From: Acidimicrobiia bacterium
GTDB taxonomy: Bacteria > Actinomycetota > Acidimicrobiia > Spongiisociales > ZC4RG35
Reading direction: 5' to 3'
Assembly: GCA_028284765.1 (NCBI GenBank)
Contig: JANQRA010000003.1
Span: 144,500-208,499, forward strand
DNA: 64,000 bases
The notes below the pieces were generated by a model. The model was not told where the DNA came from. It did not search any database and saw only the letters and a list, made by a program, of their open reading frames with translations. A program made the position numbers and the translations under genes. Of this stretch, positions 21,199 through 29,682 are shown piece by piece. Every line of letters starts with the position of its first letter. Position 1 is the stretch's first letter.

Positions 21199-21347
21199 GA
21201 CCTGGTCTTTGCCGCTTTTTCTTGGCCGAAGAGCGGTTACTAGCCAGGGCACCGTCGCCCGCAACCACCTAAACGCTCCGGTTGCACCTGACTGTGGCCT
21301 GGCGTCGCACGCGTCCGTGTGCGATCACTGAAACAGGAGTAAACACG

Positions 21348-21461
21348 ATGAAGGTAAGACCTTCCACAAAGAAAATGTGTGAGAAGTGTCGGATCATCCG
21401 GCGTCGTGGCCGCGTCTGGGTGATCTGCGAGAACCCACGTCACAAGCAGCGACAAGGTTGA
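21348..21461 (+). CDS. rpmJ: 50S ribosomal protein L36, zinc-ribbon type
   Basis: 37 aa, [37 protein letters not shown], with a C-x2-C...C-x4-H motif. Absent from the ORF track because it is under 60 aa. Confidence 0.92.
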   Translation: MKVRPSTKKMCEKCRIIRRRGRVWVICENPRHKQRQG

Positions 21462-21466
21462 ACTGA

Positions 21467-21844
21467 ATGGCACGAATTGCAGGAGTGGATATCCCAAGGG
21501 ACAAGCGTCTCGAGATCTCACTCACATACATATACGGAATCGGGTTGACGACGTCGCAGGCCATCTGTGATGCGACCGACATCGACCCCTCAACGAGAGT
21601 CCGGTCACTGACCGACGATGAGGTGGCCCGCATCCGGCGCTACATCGAGTCGGAGTACAAGGTCGAAGGTGACCTGCGCCGTGAGGTTCAGCAGAACATC
21701 AAGCGCAAGATCGAGATCGGCAGCTACCAGGGCATCCGCCACCGCCGTGGCCTCCCGGTGCGTGGCCAACGCACCCACACCAACGCCCGTGGCCGCAAGG
21801 GTCGTCGTGTCGCCATCGCCGGCAAGAAGAAGGTGACCAAGTGA
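21467..21844 (+). CDS. rpsM: 30S ribosomal protein S13
   Basis: [26 protein letters not shown]... Confidence 0.95.
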   Translation: MARIAGVDIPRDKRLEISLTYIYGIGLTTSQAICDATDIDPSTRVRSLTDDEVARIRRYIESEYKVEGDLRREVQQNIKRKIEIGSYQGIRHRRGLPVRGQRTHTNARGRKGRRVAIAGKKKVTK

Positions 21845-22236
21845 CGTCGAATCAGGGCGCCAAGAGGGTCCGTCGTCGCGAGCGTAAGAACATCTCGCAC
21901 GGCCAGGCTCACATCAAGGCCAGCTTCAACAACACGATTATCAACATCACCGACCTCAACGGGAACAGCGTCGCCTGGACCTCCGGAGGCTCGGTTGGAT
22001 TCAAGGGATCCAGGAAGTCCACCCCCTACGCCGCACAAGTCGCAGCCGAAGAGGCAGCCCGTCGTGCCGGCGAGCACGGGATCCGCAAGCTCGACGTCAT
22101 CGTCGCCGGCACAGGTTCCGGTCGTGACACCGCAGTGCGCACCCTCCAGAACATGGGCATGGAAGTGACCTGGGTCAAAGACGTGACGCCGATGCCGCAC
22201 AACGGTGTGCGTCCCAAGAAGCGGAGACGTGGCTGA
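21841..22236 (+). CDS. rpsK: 30S ribosomal protein S11
   Basis: GTG start, [20 protein letters not shown]... Confidence 0.94.
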   Translation: MTSNQGAKRVRRRERKNISHGQAHIKASFNNTIINITDLNGNSVAWTSGGSVGFKGSRKSTPYAAQVAAEEAARRAGEHGIRKLDVIVAGTGSGRDTAVRTLQNMGMEVTWVKDVTPMPHNGVRPKKRRRG

Positions 22237-22841
22237 TGGCTCGGAACACAGGGCCCAAGTGCAAGGCGTGCCGTCGGGCACGCACCCAACTCTGCCAGTC
22301 GAAGACTTGCGCCGTCGACCGTCGTCCGTACCCCCCGGGTGAGCACGGTCGTGGACGGATTCGTGAGTCCGACTACCAAATCCAGCTCCGTGAGAAGCAG
22401 AAGCTTCGCACCATGTACGGCGTGCTCGAGAAGCAGTTCCGCCGTTACTACAAGGAGTCGGCACGTCGTCCGGGAATCACCGGCGACAACCTTCTCCAGA
22501 TGCTCGAGCAGCGTCTCGACAATGTGGTGTGGCGCTCAGGCATGGCGGCCACAAGGCCCCAGGCCCGTCAGCTGGTCAACCACGGTCACTTCACCGTGAA
22601 CGGCAAGAAGGTCGATATTCCGTCCTATCAGGTTCGTCCTGGTGACACCGTCAAGGTGAAGGACAAGTCCAAAGACATCATCGTCATCCAGCATTCGGTC
22701 GACACCCAAGATCGGGTTGTCCCCGCCTGGATGTCGGTCAACACCGACGACCGCCAGATATCCGTAAACGATCATCCCCGCCGGGATCAGATCGACACCG
22801 ACATCAACGAGCAGTTGATCGTCGAGCTCTACTCGAAGTGA
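22236..22841 (+). CDS. rpsD: 30S ribosomal protein S4
   Basis: 201 aa with N-terminal zinc ribbon CKACRR...C. Confidence 0.94.
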   Translation: MARNTGPKCKACRRARTQLCQSKTCAVDRRPYPPGEHGRGRIRESDYQIQLREKQKLRTMYGVLEKQFRRYYKESARRPGITGDNLLQMLEQRLDNVVWRSGMAATRPQARQLVNHGHFTVNGKKVDIPSYQVRPGDTVKVKDKSKDIIVIQHSVDTQDRVVPAWMSVNTDDRQISVNDHPRRDQIDTDINEQLIVELYSK

Positions 22842-22851
22842 GGTAATCGAG

Positions 22852-23802
22852 TTGCTGATTGTTCAACGTCCCCAAATCGAAATCGAGGAAGCCCACAACA
22901 ACAGGGCAAGGTTCGTCGTAGAACCGCTGGAGCCCGGGTTCGGCTACACCCTCGGCAACACGATGCGTCGCACGCTGTTGAGCCGGATCCCCGGCGCAGC
23001 CATCACGTCCATCCAGATCGAAGGTGTCGAGCACGAGTTCTCGACCATCTCCGGTGTGGTTGAAGACGTCGTCGACATGATTCTCAACATCAAGAGGATC
23101 GTTGTCACCCTGGAAGGCGTCGACGAGCAGGTGCTCTATCTGTCGGCCAAGGGTGCCGGCGATGTGAAGGCCAAAGACCTCAAGCTCCCGGCTGGTGTCG
23201 AGGTCGTCAACCCCGATGCTCACATCGCAAGGCTCAGTGCCTCGGGCCGTCTCGAGATGGAGCTCACCGTGGCTCCCGGAGTCGGATACCGCACGGCAGA
23301 CGGAAACAAGGGTGGCTCCAGCGCCATCGGTGTGATTCCTGTCGACTCGATCTTCTCGCCAGTGCGCAAGGTCGCCTACCGCGTCGAGAACACACAGGTC
23401 GGTCAGATGACCAACTACGACAAGCTGGTCATCGATGTCGAGACCAACGGTGCGATTGAGCCGAAGGACGCCGTGTCGTCCGCCGGCAAGACACTTGGTG
23501 AGCTGATGGACATCTTCGCCGAGGTCGGACAGGGTGAAGGTCTGGAACTGGTCGACGTGGTCCCCGAGGCCACCGGCTCCCCGGACCTCGAACTGCCAAT
23601 CGAGGCACTCGATCTTTCCGAGCGTCCCCGCAACTGCCTGCGTCGTGCTCAGGTCAAGACTGTTGGTGAGCTCGTGGAGCGCACCTCCGATGACCTGCTC
23701 AACATCACGAACTTCGGTCAGAAGAGTCTCGACGAGGTCATCGCCAAGCTCGACGAGCTGGGCCTGAGCCTCGCTGACTCGCCGGCAGGAAGCACCGTCT
23801 GA
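22852..23802 (+). CDS. rpoA: DNA-directed RNA polymerase subunit alpha
   Basis: TTG start, 316 aa, conserved alpha N-terminal and C-terminal domains. Confidence 0.95.
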   Translation: MLIVQRPQIEIEEAHNNRARFVVEPLEPGFGYTLGNTMRRTLLSRIPGAAITSIQIEGVEHEFSTISGVVEDVVDMILNIKRIVVTLEGVDEQVLYLSAKGAGDVKAKDLKLPAGVEVVNPDAHIARLSASGRLEMELTVAPGVGYRTADGNKGGSSAIGVIPVDSIFSPVRKVAYRVENTQVGQMTNYDKLVIDVETNGAIEPKDAVSSAGKTLGELMDIFAEVGQGEGLELVDVVPEATGSPDLELPIEALDLSERPRNCLRRAQVKTVGELVERTSDDLLNITNFGQKSLDEVIAKLDELGLSLADSPAGSTV

Positions 23803-24152
23803 TGCCACGCCCTCGTAAGGGCCCGCGGTTTGGCGGCTCTCCGGCGCATGACAGGCTGATCATGGCCAACCTGGCCACGGATCTGTTCATGCACGAGAAG
23901 CTGACCACGACCGAGGCCAAAGCCAAGGCTCTGCGTCCCTATGCGGAGAAGCTGATCACCAAGGCCCGCCAAGGTGATTTACACGCACGTCGCACCGTGA
24001 TGAAGACCATCACTAACAAGGAAGCCGTGCACAAGCTCTTTGAGGATGTCGCCCCTCGTTACGAGGACCGGCCGGGTGGCTACACCCGTATCACCAAGCT
24101 CGGTCCCCGGCGTGGGGACGGTACCGAAGAGGCGATCATCGAGCTCGTCTAG
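23802..24152 (+). CDS. rplQ: 50S ribosomal protein L17
   Basis: 116 aa, [25 protein letters not shown]... Confidence 0.94.
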   Translation: MPRPRKGPRFGGSPAHDRLIMANLATDLFMHEKLTTTEAKAKALRPYAEKLITKARQGDLHARRTVMKTITNKEAVHKLFEDVAPRYEDRPGGYTRITKLGPRRGDGTEEAIIELV

Positions 24153-24176
24153 GTCCACAGATTCATATCCACGAAC

Positions 24177-24203
24177 GCCGCCCTCCGGGGCGGCTTTTTG
24201 TTT
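24177..24203 (+). terminator. Rho-independent terminator after rplQ
   Basis: GCCGCCC-tccg-GGGCGGC stem followed by TTTTTGTTT. Confidence 0.7.
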
Positions 24204-24232
24204 GGGCGACGGGAGTAGGGTCCTCACTGTCC

Positions 24233-27200
24233 GTGACTATCAGGAGACCCATGTTTCGTCGTTCCGTGTCCGTCCTGTCCGTAATGGCGATGGTCTTCGC
24301 TCTGGTGGTGGCACCGTTCCCAGTCGAAGTTGATGCCGCGGCCTGTACGCCGACCGGAACCGCGGTGACAACTGAACCTGAACTTCAGGCCGAGATGGTG
24401 CTGGCTAATGCTGCGGGTGCGGACTACACGATCTGTGTCGACCCCGGTACATATCTGATCACAGCGACCCTGGACTACACCGGCACCGACACCCTGACCA
24501 TCATCGGAACCGGACCAACAGCAGACCTCCACATCCTCGACGGACAAGACACCAGACAGATACTTACCACCACAACAGGATCGCTCACTCTCAACACCCT
24601 CCAATTCCAGAATGGGGTCTCCACTGAACATGGAGGTGCGGTCAGCGCGAGCGACGCGTCAGGCACCGGGTTGAACTTCAACGTGATCGACTTGTCCTTC
24701 GTCGATAACGATGCGCCGGAATTCGGTGGTGGCGCCTTTCTCGATTCAGACTTTGCGAGTGGTGGTGTTGTTTCCGTGATTGACTCCACATTCACTGGGA
24801 ACACGGGCGGCAACGGCGGGGGTCTCTACGTTGACGGTGGCGCCGGTCAGGACATCGTGTCTGGTAATACGTTCACGGGAAACGCTGCTGACGACACGGC
24901 CGGACCTTCGTTTGGTAACGGTGGGGGTCTCCACGTCGACCGGTCACGAGCACTGCTGATTAGCGACAACTCGTTCACGATGAATACTGCAGTTGAGGGC
25001 GGCGGTGCGTTCGTGCGGCGCTCCAGCGAGGCATCTATTGCAGACAACTCGTTCACGCAGAATTCGGCCACAGGAGACGACGGCGGGGGAGGCCTGTTTG
25101 TCGACAACACCGAACCCGCGACCATCGACTCGACCTTCACCAACAACACTTCCACAGTTGAAGGCGGAGGTCTTTCGATCGACCGGAGCGGTGACGACGG
25201 CGCCGTGCAGATTCTCGGAGCGTTCAATGGGAACAGCGGCTCCTCAGGGGGAGCGATATTCATCGATCGAAGCGAAAGCACCACGATCACTGCCAGCTTC
25301 GACGGCAACACCGCAACCGGGCCACTCGGCGACACGGTCGGTGGCGGAGCGCTGCATATCAATGCCAATGCTGACAATGAGTTTCTGATCGATGGCAGCA
25401 CGTTCACCGGCAACTCGTCTACGAATTCGCACGGGGGAGCGATTCTCGTGACTGCTTCGTCGGAGCCCGTGTCCATAGTCGACTCGACGTTCACCTCGAA
25501 CAACGCAGCCGAAAACGGCGGTGCGATTGGGGCCACGACGTTGACGGCGACACTTTCTGTCACCGGCTCTGATTTTGATTCCAATGGAGCTGGGCAATAC
25601 GGCGGTGCGATTGACACCTGCTGCGTGGCTGACCTCGGAGATGTGACGATCAGCGACTCCACTTTCGATCAGAACACAGCCGGGCAGTCAGGAGGCGCTG
25701 TTCGCCAATGCTGTGGTGAGCCTGGCACCACAGCATCCTTGACGGTTAGCGACTCGACATTCACCAACAACGAGGCAGGATTGACGTCGGGCGGGGCCAG
25801 GGGTGGCGCGATCTACCAATGCTGCGAGGTCGGGGACACAACTATTGCTGATTCCACGTTCATCGGGAACAAGGCCCTCGACGCTTCTCTTAACGACTTC
25901 AACGCCGGAGGCGCTGTAGCCACGTCCAGCGAAGCTGGTGACGTGACCATCACGGGTTCGATGTTCCACGAAAACGAAGCGACGTTCGATGGAGGTGCGG
26001 TGCGGATCTGCTGCGGCGAATCCATCGAGCTCACCGTCGCGGATAGCACCTTCACATCGAATGAGAGCGGGGCCTTGGGTGGTGCCATCAGCCTCGACTC
26101 TGTTGCCGCGGGCAACGGCGAGATGTCCGTCACCAACTCGTACTTCGAGGACAACTCCGCCGAGGAAGGTGGAGGCGCCATCGGGGTTAGCTCGTTGCCA
26201 GACTCCGTGCTGAGCCTTGCCGATTCGACATTCGTCGGCAACTCGTCACCAGGGTTCGGGTCCGCAGTAAGCATCAACAGCAGTGCGGGGGCGACAGTTG
26301 ATGCAGTTCGTGTCGTCTTCGACGGCAATACGGCCACCGAGGACGACGGCGGCGCATTGTTCCTGAGAAGCATTGGGTCGGCTGTAGTCGAATACTCCCT
26401 GTTCAGTGAGAACACGGCCGTGGGTGATGCCGGCGGAATGAAAGTCAACGACGTGGACGACATCACGATCCGCGGCACGACCTTTGTCGGCAACTCGGCC
26501 GGTGACGCTGGCGGTGCCTTCGCACAGATCCGGTCTAACGCGCTCATCGAGAACTCGACGTTCGTCGGAAACTCTGCTGGCGAGGACGGCAACCTATATC
26601 AGGCAAACAACGACGCCGGATACGACGGGGAGGTCGCGCTGATCCATGTCACAGCGGGCGCCGACCAGGACATCTTCTTGGAGTCAAGTGGTGGCGGCTC
26701 GTCGACCCTCAACGTGACCTCCTCCGTTCTCGCTGGTTGCAGCGGTGGGACGACGGTTTCGGGTGGTCACAACTTTGATACGGACGGCGCTTGTGGTTTG
26801 GGCGGTCCGGGTGATATTGCGGGTGCGGATCCGTTGTTGGGTCCGTTGGCTGATAACGAAGGGAAGACTGCTGGTGCTCCTGGCATGGAGCGGGTGATTC
26901 AGACGATGTTGCCTGGGTTGTTGTCTCCGTTGGTAAATGCTGGTGCTTCGTTGCCTACTGATCAGCGTGGGGTGGCTCGTCCGTACGGGTCGGCTCCTGA
27001 TATCGGGGCGGTGGAGTTCGTGTTCGACCCGCCTGCTAACTACGACCCGTTCACTGATGATGACGGCAGCATTTTCGAGAATGACATTGAGTGGATTGCT
27101 TGGCATGGGATCACCCGTGGGTGTAATCCGCCGGCGAACACTCTGTTCTGTCCGGGTAATGATGTGAGCCGTGAGGCGTTTGCGGCGTTGATGAGCCGGG

Positions 27201-27598
27201 CGTTGGGGTTGACTGAGATCGACCCTGGCATCGACTTCACCGATGTTGCTGATTCGAACATCTTCGAGAATGACATTCTCAGGTTGGCGACTGCTGGGAT
27301 CACGAAGGGTTGTAACCCTCCGACGAACGACGAGTTTTGTCCTAAGGACGTGTTGTCGAGGGAGGCTTTGGCTGCGTTCTTTGTCCGAGGCTTCGGCTAT
27401 ACGGACATCGACGCGGGGATTGATTTCGTGGATGTTCCTAATAGCAACATTTTCCAGGCTGACATTCTGAAGTTGGCGACGGCGAAGGTGACTCGGGGTT
27501 GTAACCCTCCGACGAACGACTTGTTCTGTCCTAAGGATGATGTGAAACGGGACACGTTTGCTGCGTTCATGAAACGGGCCTTACGACCCGACGGCTAA
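24233..27598 (+). CDS. Secreted right-handed parallel beta-helix surface protein: CSLREA-like N-terminal domain, about 17 PMP-type (GGA[IFLV]...FxxN) repeats, a DQRG...DIGAxE module, and three SLH-like cell-wall-anchoring repeats
   Basis: 1121 aa. Signal peptide MFRRSVSVLSVMAMVFALVVA. N-terminus ACTPTG...ELQAEMVLAN. Repeats such as SDNSFTMNTAVEGGGAFV, VDSTFTSNNAAENGGAIGA and ADSTFTSNESGALGGAISL. Then PTDQRGVARPYGSAPDIGAVEF. Finally three repeats of FTDV..IFENDI..AGITKGCNPPTNDxFCPKDVLSREA. Confidence 0.8.
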   Translation: MTIRRPMFRRSVSVLSVMAMVFALVVAPFPVEVDAAACTPTGTAVTTEPELQAEMVLANAAGADYTICVDPGTYLITATLDYTGTDTLTIIGTGPTADLHILDGQDTRQILTTTTGSLTLNTLQFQNGVSTEHGGAVSASDASGTGLNFNVIDLSFVDNDAPEFGGGAFLDSDFASGGVVSVIDSTFTGNTGGNGGGLYVDGGAGQDIVSGNTFTGNAADDTAGPSFGNGGGLHVDRSRALLISDNSFTMNTAVEGGGAFVRRSSEASIADNSFTQNSATGDDGGGGLFVDNTEPATIDSTFTNNTSTVEGGGLSIDRSGDDGAVQILGAFNGNSGSSGGAIFIDRSESTTITASFDGNTATGPLGDTVGGGALHINANADNEFLIDGSTFTGNSSTNSHGGAILVTASSEPVSIVDSTFTSNNAAENGGAIGATTLTATLSVTGSDFDSNGAGQYGGAIDTCCVADLGDVTISDSTFDQNTAGQSGGAVRQCCGEPGTTASLTVSDSTFTNNEAGLTSGGARGGAIYQCCEVGDTTIADSTFIGNKALDASLNDFNAGGAVATSSEAGDVTITGSMFHENEATFDGGAVRICCGESIELTVADSTFTSNESGALGGAISLDSVAAGNGEMSVTNSYFEDNSAEEGGGAIGVSSLPDSVLSLADSTFVGNSSPGFGSAVSINSSAGATVDAVRVVFDGNTATEDDGGALFLRSIGSAVVEYSLFSENTAVGDAGGMKVNDVDDITIRGTTFVGNSAGDAGGAFAQIRSNALIENSTFVGNSAGEDGNLYQANNDAGYDGEVALIHVTAGADQDIFLESSGGGSSTLNVTSSVLAGCSGGTTVSGGHNFDTDGACGLGGPGDIAGADPLLGPLADNEGKTAGAPGMERVIQTMLPGLLSPLVNAGASLPTDQRGVARPYGSAPDIGAVEFVFDPPANYDPFTDDDGSIFENDIEWIAWHGITRGCNPPANTLFCPGNDVSREAFAALMSRALGLTEIDPGIDFTDVADSNIFENDILRLATAGITKGCNPPTNDEFCPKDVLSREALAAFFVRGFGYTDIDAGIDFVDVPNSNIFQADILKLATAKVTRGCNPPTNDLFCPKDDVKRDTFAAFMKRALRPDG
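27049..27585 (+). repeat. Three tandem ~186-nt repeats encoding the SLH-like modules (roughly 80% nucleotide identity)
   Basis: Shared nucleotide blocks, for example GGTTGTAACCCTCCGACGAACGAC is identical in repeats 2 and 3. Confidence 0.7.
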
Positions 27599-28380
27599 CC
27601 GGCAATAACGCCGAGCAGCACTCCGAGCATGAGGATCGCGACTCCGAAGAGGAGTACGTGAGTCGGAGTCGTGCGACCCGGTAGCCAGCGAGAGGCGAGC
27701 ATCGGATCGGAGTAGATAACCGCGCCGAACACGATCACGAGGGCTCCGGCGATCAGCATGAACGCTGACACGTAGCCCGGAAGAAGCAGGGCCAGAATGA
27801 CCGCACCAAACGCGACACCGAACATCAAGCGGGTGAATACCCACTCCGGCAGATAGGGCCCGAGCCGGTCGCTGGCCCGATCGATAGTCGAGTCAACCCA
27901 GGCAAGAACCTTGCCGCCAAACGACTGTGGAGCAGCGTCCGAGGTCGTCTTCGCTGCTGGTTTCTTCGTACGCCCCTTCTTGGGCGCGGGTTCTTCGCGT
28001 GGCTCGAGACGCACGGGAGCTTCGACGACGGGTGCCGGCTCCGGTCTTGGCTCATCTACCGGTGCGGGCGCGACAGCCTTCGCCTCGGCCTTGTCTTTCA
28101 CACCCTTCTTTTTGCGCTTGAACCGTGACCGCTTGGCAGTCAGCTCTTCGTTGAAGCGCTCCAGCTCTTGAAGCTCGAGAAGGATTTGATCACCCTCGGC
28201 GGCAATGCGATAGCCCTTTGGGGTCGGCTCCATCCGAATATCGGACAAGGGCCATTCGCCGATCGGCACGTCACCCGCGGCAATAGAAAGCACACCGTCT
28301 TCCAATTCGACGGTCGCATCGAGGCCTTTGACGTCGCCAATGGCTTTGAGAGAGGCTGCAAATGTCCCCATTGAGGACAT
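27595..28380 (-). CDS. Hypothetical membrane protein: cytoplasmic N-terminal domain, Lys/Pro-rich linker, C-terminal transmembrane helices
   Basis: 261 aa. Linker KRSRFKRKKKGVKDKAEAKAVAPAPVDEPRPEPAP... and 3-4 C-terminal transmembrane segments. The stop overlaps the convergent beta-helix gene stop. Confidence 0.5.
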   Translation of the reverse strand: MSSMGTFAASLKAIGDVKGLDATVELEDGVLSIAAGDVPIGEWPLSDIRMEPTPKGYRIAAEGDQILLELQELERFNEELTAKRSRFKRKKKGVKDKAEAKAVAPAPVDEPRPEPAPVVEAPVRLEPREEPAPKKGRTKKPAAKTTSDAAPQSFGGKVLAWVDSTIDRASDRLGPYLPEWVFTRLMFGVAFGAVILALLLPGYVSAFMLIAGALVIVFGAVIYSDPMLASRWLPGRTTPTHVLLFGVAILMLGVLLGVIAG

Positions 28381-28410
28381 TATCGGCTGGTTGTGTTCGA
28401 CCTTTTGGGT

Positions 28411-28710
28411 TTAGTTGGCGACGTCCAAGACGAATACGCCACCAATGAAGAGGACGAAGAGGACCAGCCCGATACCCAGCAGGACCGTTCCGATGATCCC
28501 GAGGATTCGACCGGCGTTTGCGGTCCCGCGGTTTGAAGGATCGCGCCGTCCCGCATCGATGGCGGCCAGCTCTTTGTTGCCGATATTCCAGGCGAATGGG
28601 GCGAGAACGCCACAAATCACAATGCCGAGAATTCCAAGAACCAGCGCCGTTGTGGCCTGGCTCGACTCCGGATATGCGCCGCCTTCAGTTGGGAATTGGG
28701 GTGTCGACAT
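28411..28710 (-). CDS. DUF4190-like small membrane protein
   Basis: Internal ATG of the 281-aa ORF. 99 aa, TALVLGILGIVICGVLAPFAWNIGNKEL plus a second transmembrane helix. Confidence 0.55.
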   Translation of the reverse strand: MSTPQFPTEGGAYPESSQATTALVLGILGIVICGVLAPFAWNIGNKELAAIDAGRRDPSNRGTANAGRILGIIGTVLLGIGLVLFVLFIGGVFVLDVAN

Positions 28711-28767
28711 GTGACTGAGTATCGCACATCCGACACAGGCTTGTCTCGGATGTAGCCTGACCGGGCG

Positions 28768-29682
28768 GTGACCAAGCCTCAATACCTCGACTTCAACAGG
28801 GAAGACTGGGCAAGCCTTCGTGGGCGAACCCCACTCAGCCTGACTGAGGCGGAAGTCGAGAAGCTCCGGGGTATGAATGTGAATCTCGACCTGGACATGG
28901 TCGAAGACACCTTCCTTCCATTGTCCAGGCTTCTCAACCTGTACGTACAGGGAGCGCAACTGCTCTCGTCTGTGACTGACACCTTCCTGGGGACACCGCC
29001 CGTGCCACGGCCCTTCCTCTTGGGGGTTGCCGGTTCGGTGGCAGTCGGTAAGTCGACCATCGCCCGTGTGCTTGAGTCGCTTCTGGCCCGATGGCCCCAT
29101 CACCCATCGGTCGAGCTGGTGACAACTGACGGGTTCCTCTATCCCAACGAAGAGTTGGAGCGGAGAGGTCTGATGGACCGCAAGGGTTTCCCGGAGAGCT
29201 ACAACCGCGCGGCACTCCTTGACTTCGTCACACGTGCTGACGCCGGCGAGGATCACCTCGAGATCCCGGTCTACTCACACATTCAGTACGACATCGTGGA
29301 AGGGGAGACCCGGGTTGTTGCCCGACCTGACATCCTCATTGTCGAGGGCCTCAACGTGCTCCAGGCCGGAGACAGCGGAGCCTTTGTCTCAGACCACTTC
29401 GACTTCTCGATATACGTCGACGCTGATATCGAGGACATTCGCCGCTGGTACATCGAACGGTTCATGACCCTGAAGGACACTGCATTCACTCAGGAGAACG
29501 CTTACTTCCGGCGCTACGCGGAGCTTGATGAACCGGCAGCGATCAAGATCGCCGAAGGCATCTGGGAGGAAATCAACGAAGTGAACCTCGTAGAGAACAT
29601 CCGACCCACACGCGACCGAGCTTCGTTGATACTCGAGAAGGCGTCGGATCACACCGTCAGAAAGGTGCGTCTCCGTCGCTAG
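28768..29682 (+). CDS. coaA: Type I pantothenate kinase
   Basis: 304 aa. P-loop [20 protein letters not shown] and a conserved CoaA core. Confidence 0.88.
   Translation: MTKPQYLDFNREDWASLRGRTPLSLTEAEVEKLRGMNVNLDLDMVEDTFLPLSRLLNLYVQGAQLLSSVTDTFLGTPPVPRPFLLGVAGSVAVGKSTIARVLESLLARWPHHPSVELVTTDGFLYPNEELERRGLMDRKGFPESYNRAALLDFVTRADAGEDHLEIPVYSHIQYDIVEGETRVVARPDILIVEGLNVLQAGDSGAFVSDHFDFSIYVDADIEDIRRWYIERFMTLKDTAFTQENAYFRRYAELDEPAAIKIAEGIWEEINEVNLVENIRPTRDRASLILEKASDHTVRKVRLRR

Noticed and set aside
15644-21347. Considered the map-rpmJ insertion as a mobile genomic island.
   Set aside because: No integrase or transposase, no flanking direct repeats or tRNA, and the first gene is translationally coupled to map. 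The GC content and codon usage look native, unlike the 3' end of the beta-helix gene.
21097-21347. Looked for infA or a tRNA in the 250-nt spacer before rpmJ.
   Set aside because: No open frame resembling IF-1 (no OB-fold motifs) and no tRNA-like T-arm or anticodon-arm sequence. Only the promoter-like TTGCCC/TACAAT pair was found.
24847-26592. Two long minus-strand ORFs (24847-25662, 25813-26592) inside the beta-helix gene.
   Set aside because: These are products of the repetitive GGC/GCC-rich PMP repeats read in reverse. The translations are Pro/Ser/Ala low-complexity with no start context.
24233-27598. Considered whether the repetitive beta-helix gene region could hide a CRISPR array or other interspersed DNA repeats.
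   Set aside because: The periodicity is at protein-motif level (roughly 60-75 nt, degenerate) with no constant direct repeat or spacer structure. The only true DNA tandem repeat is the SLH triplet at 27049-27585.
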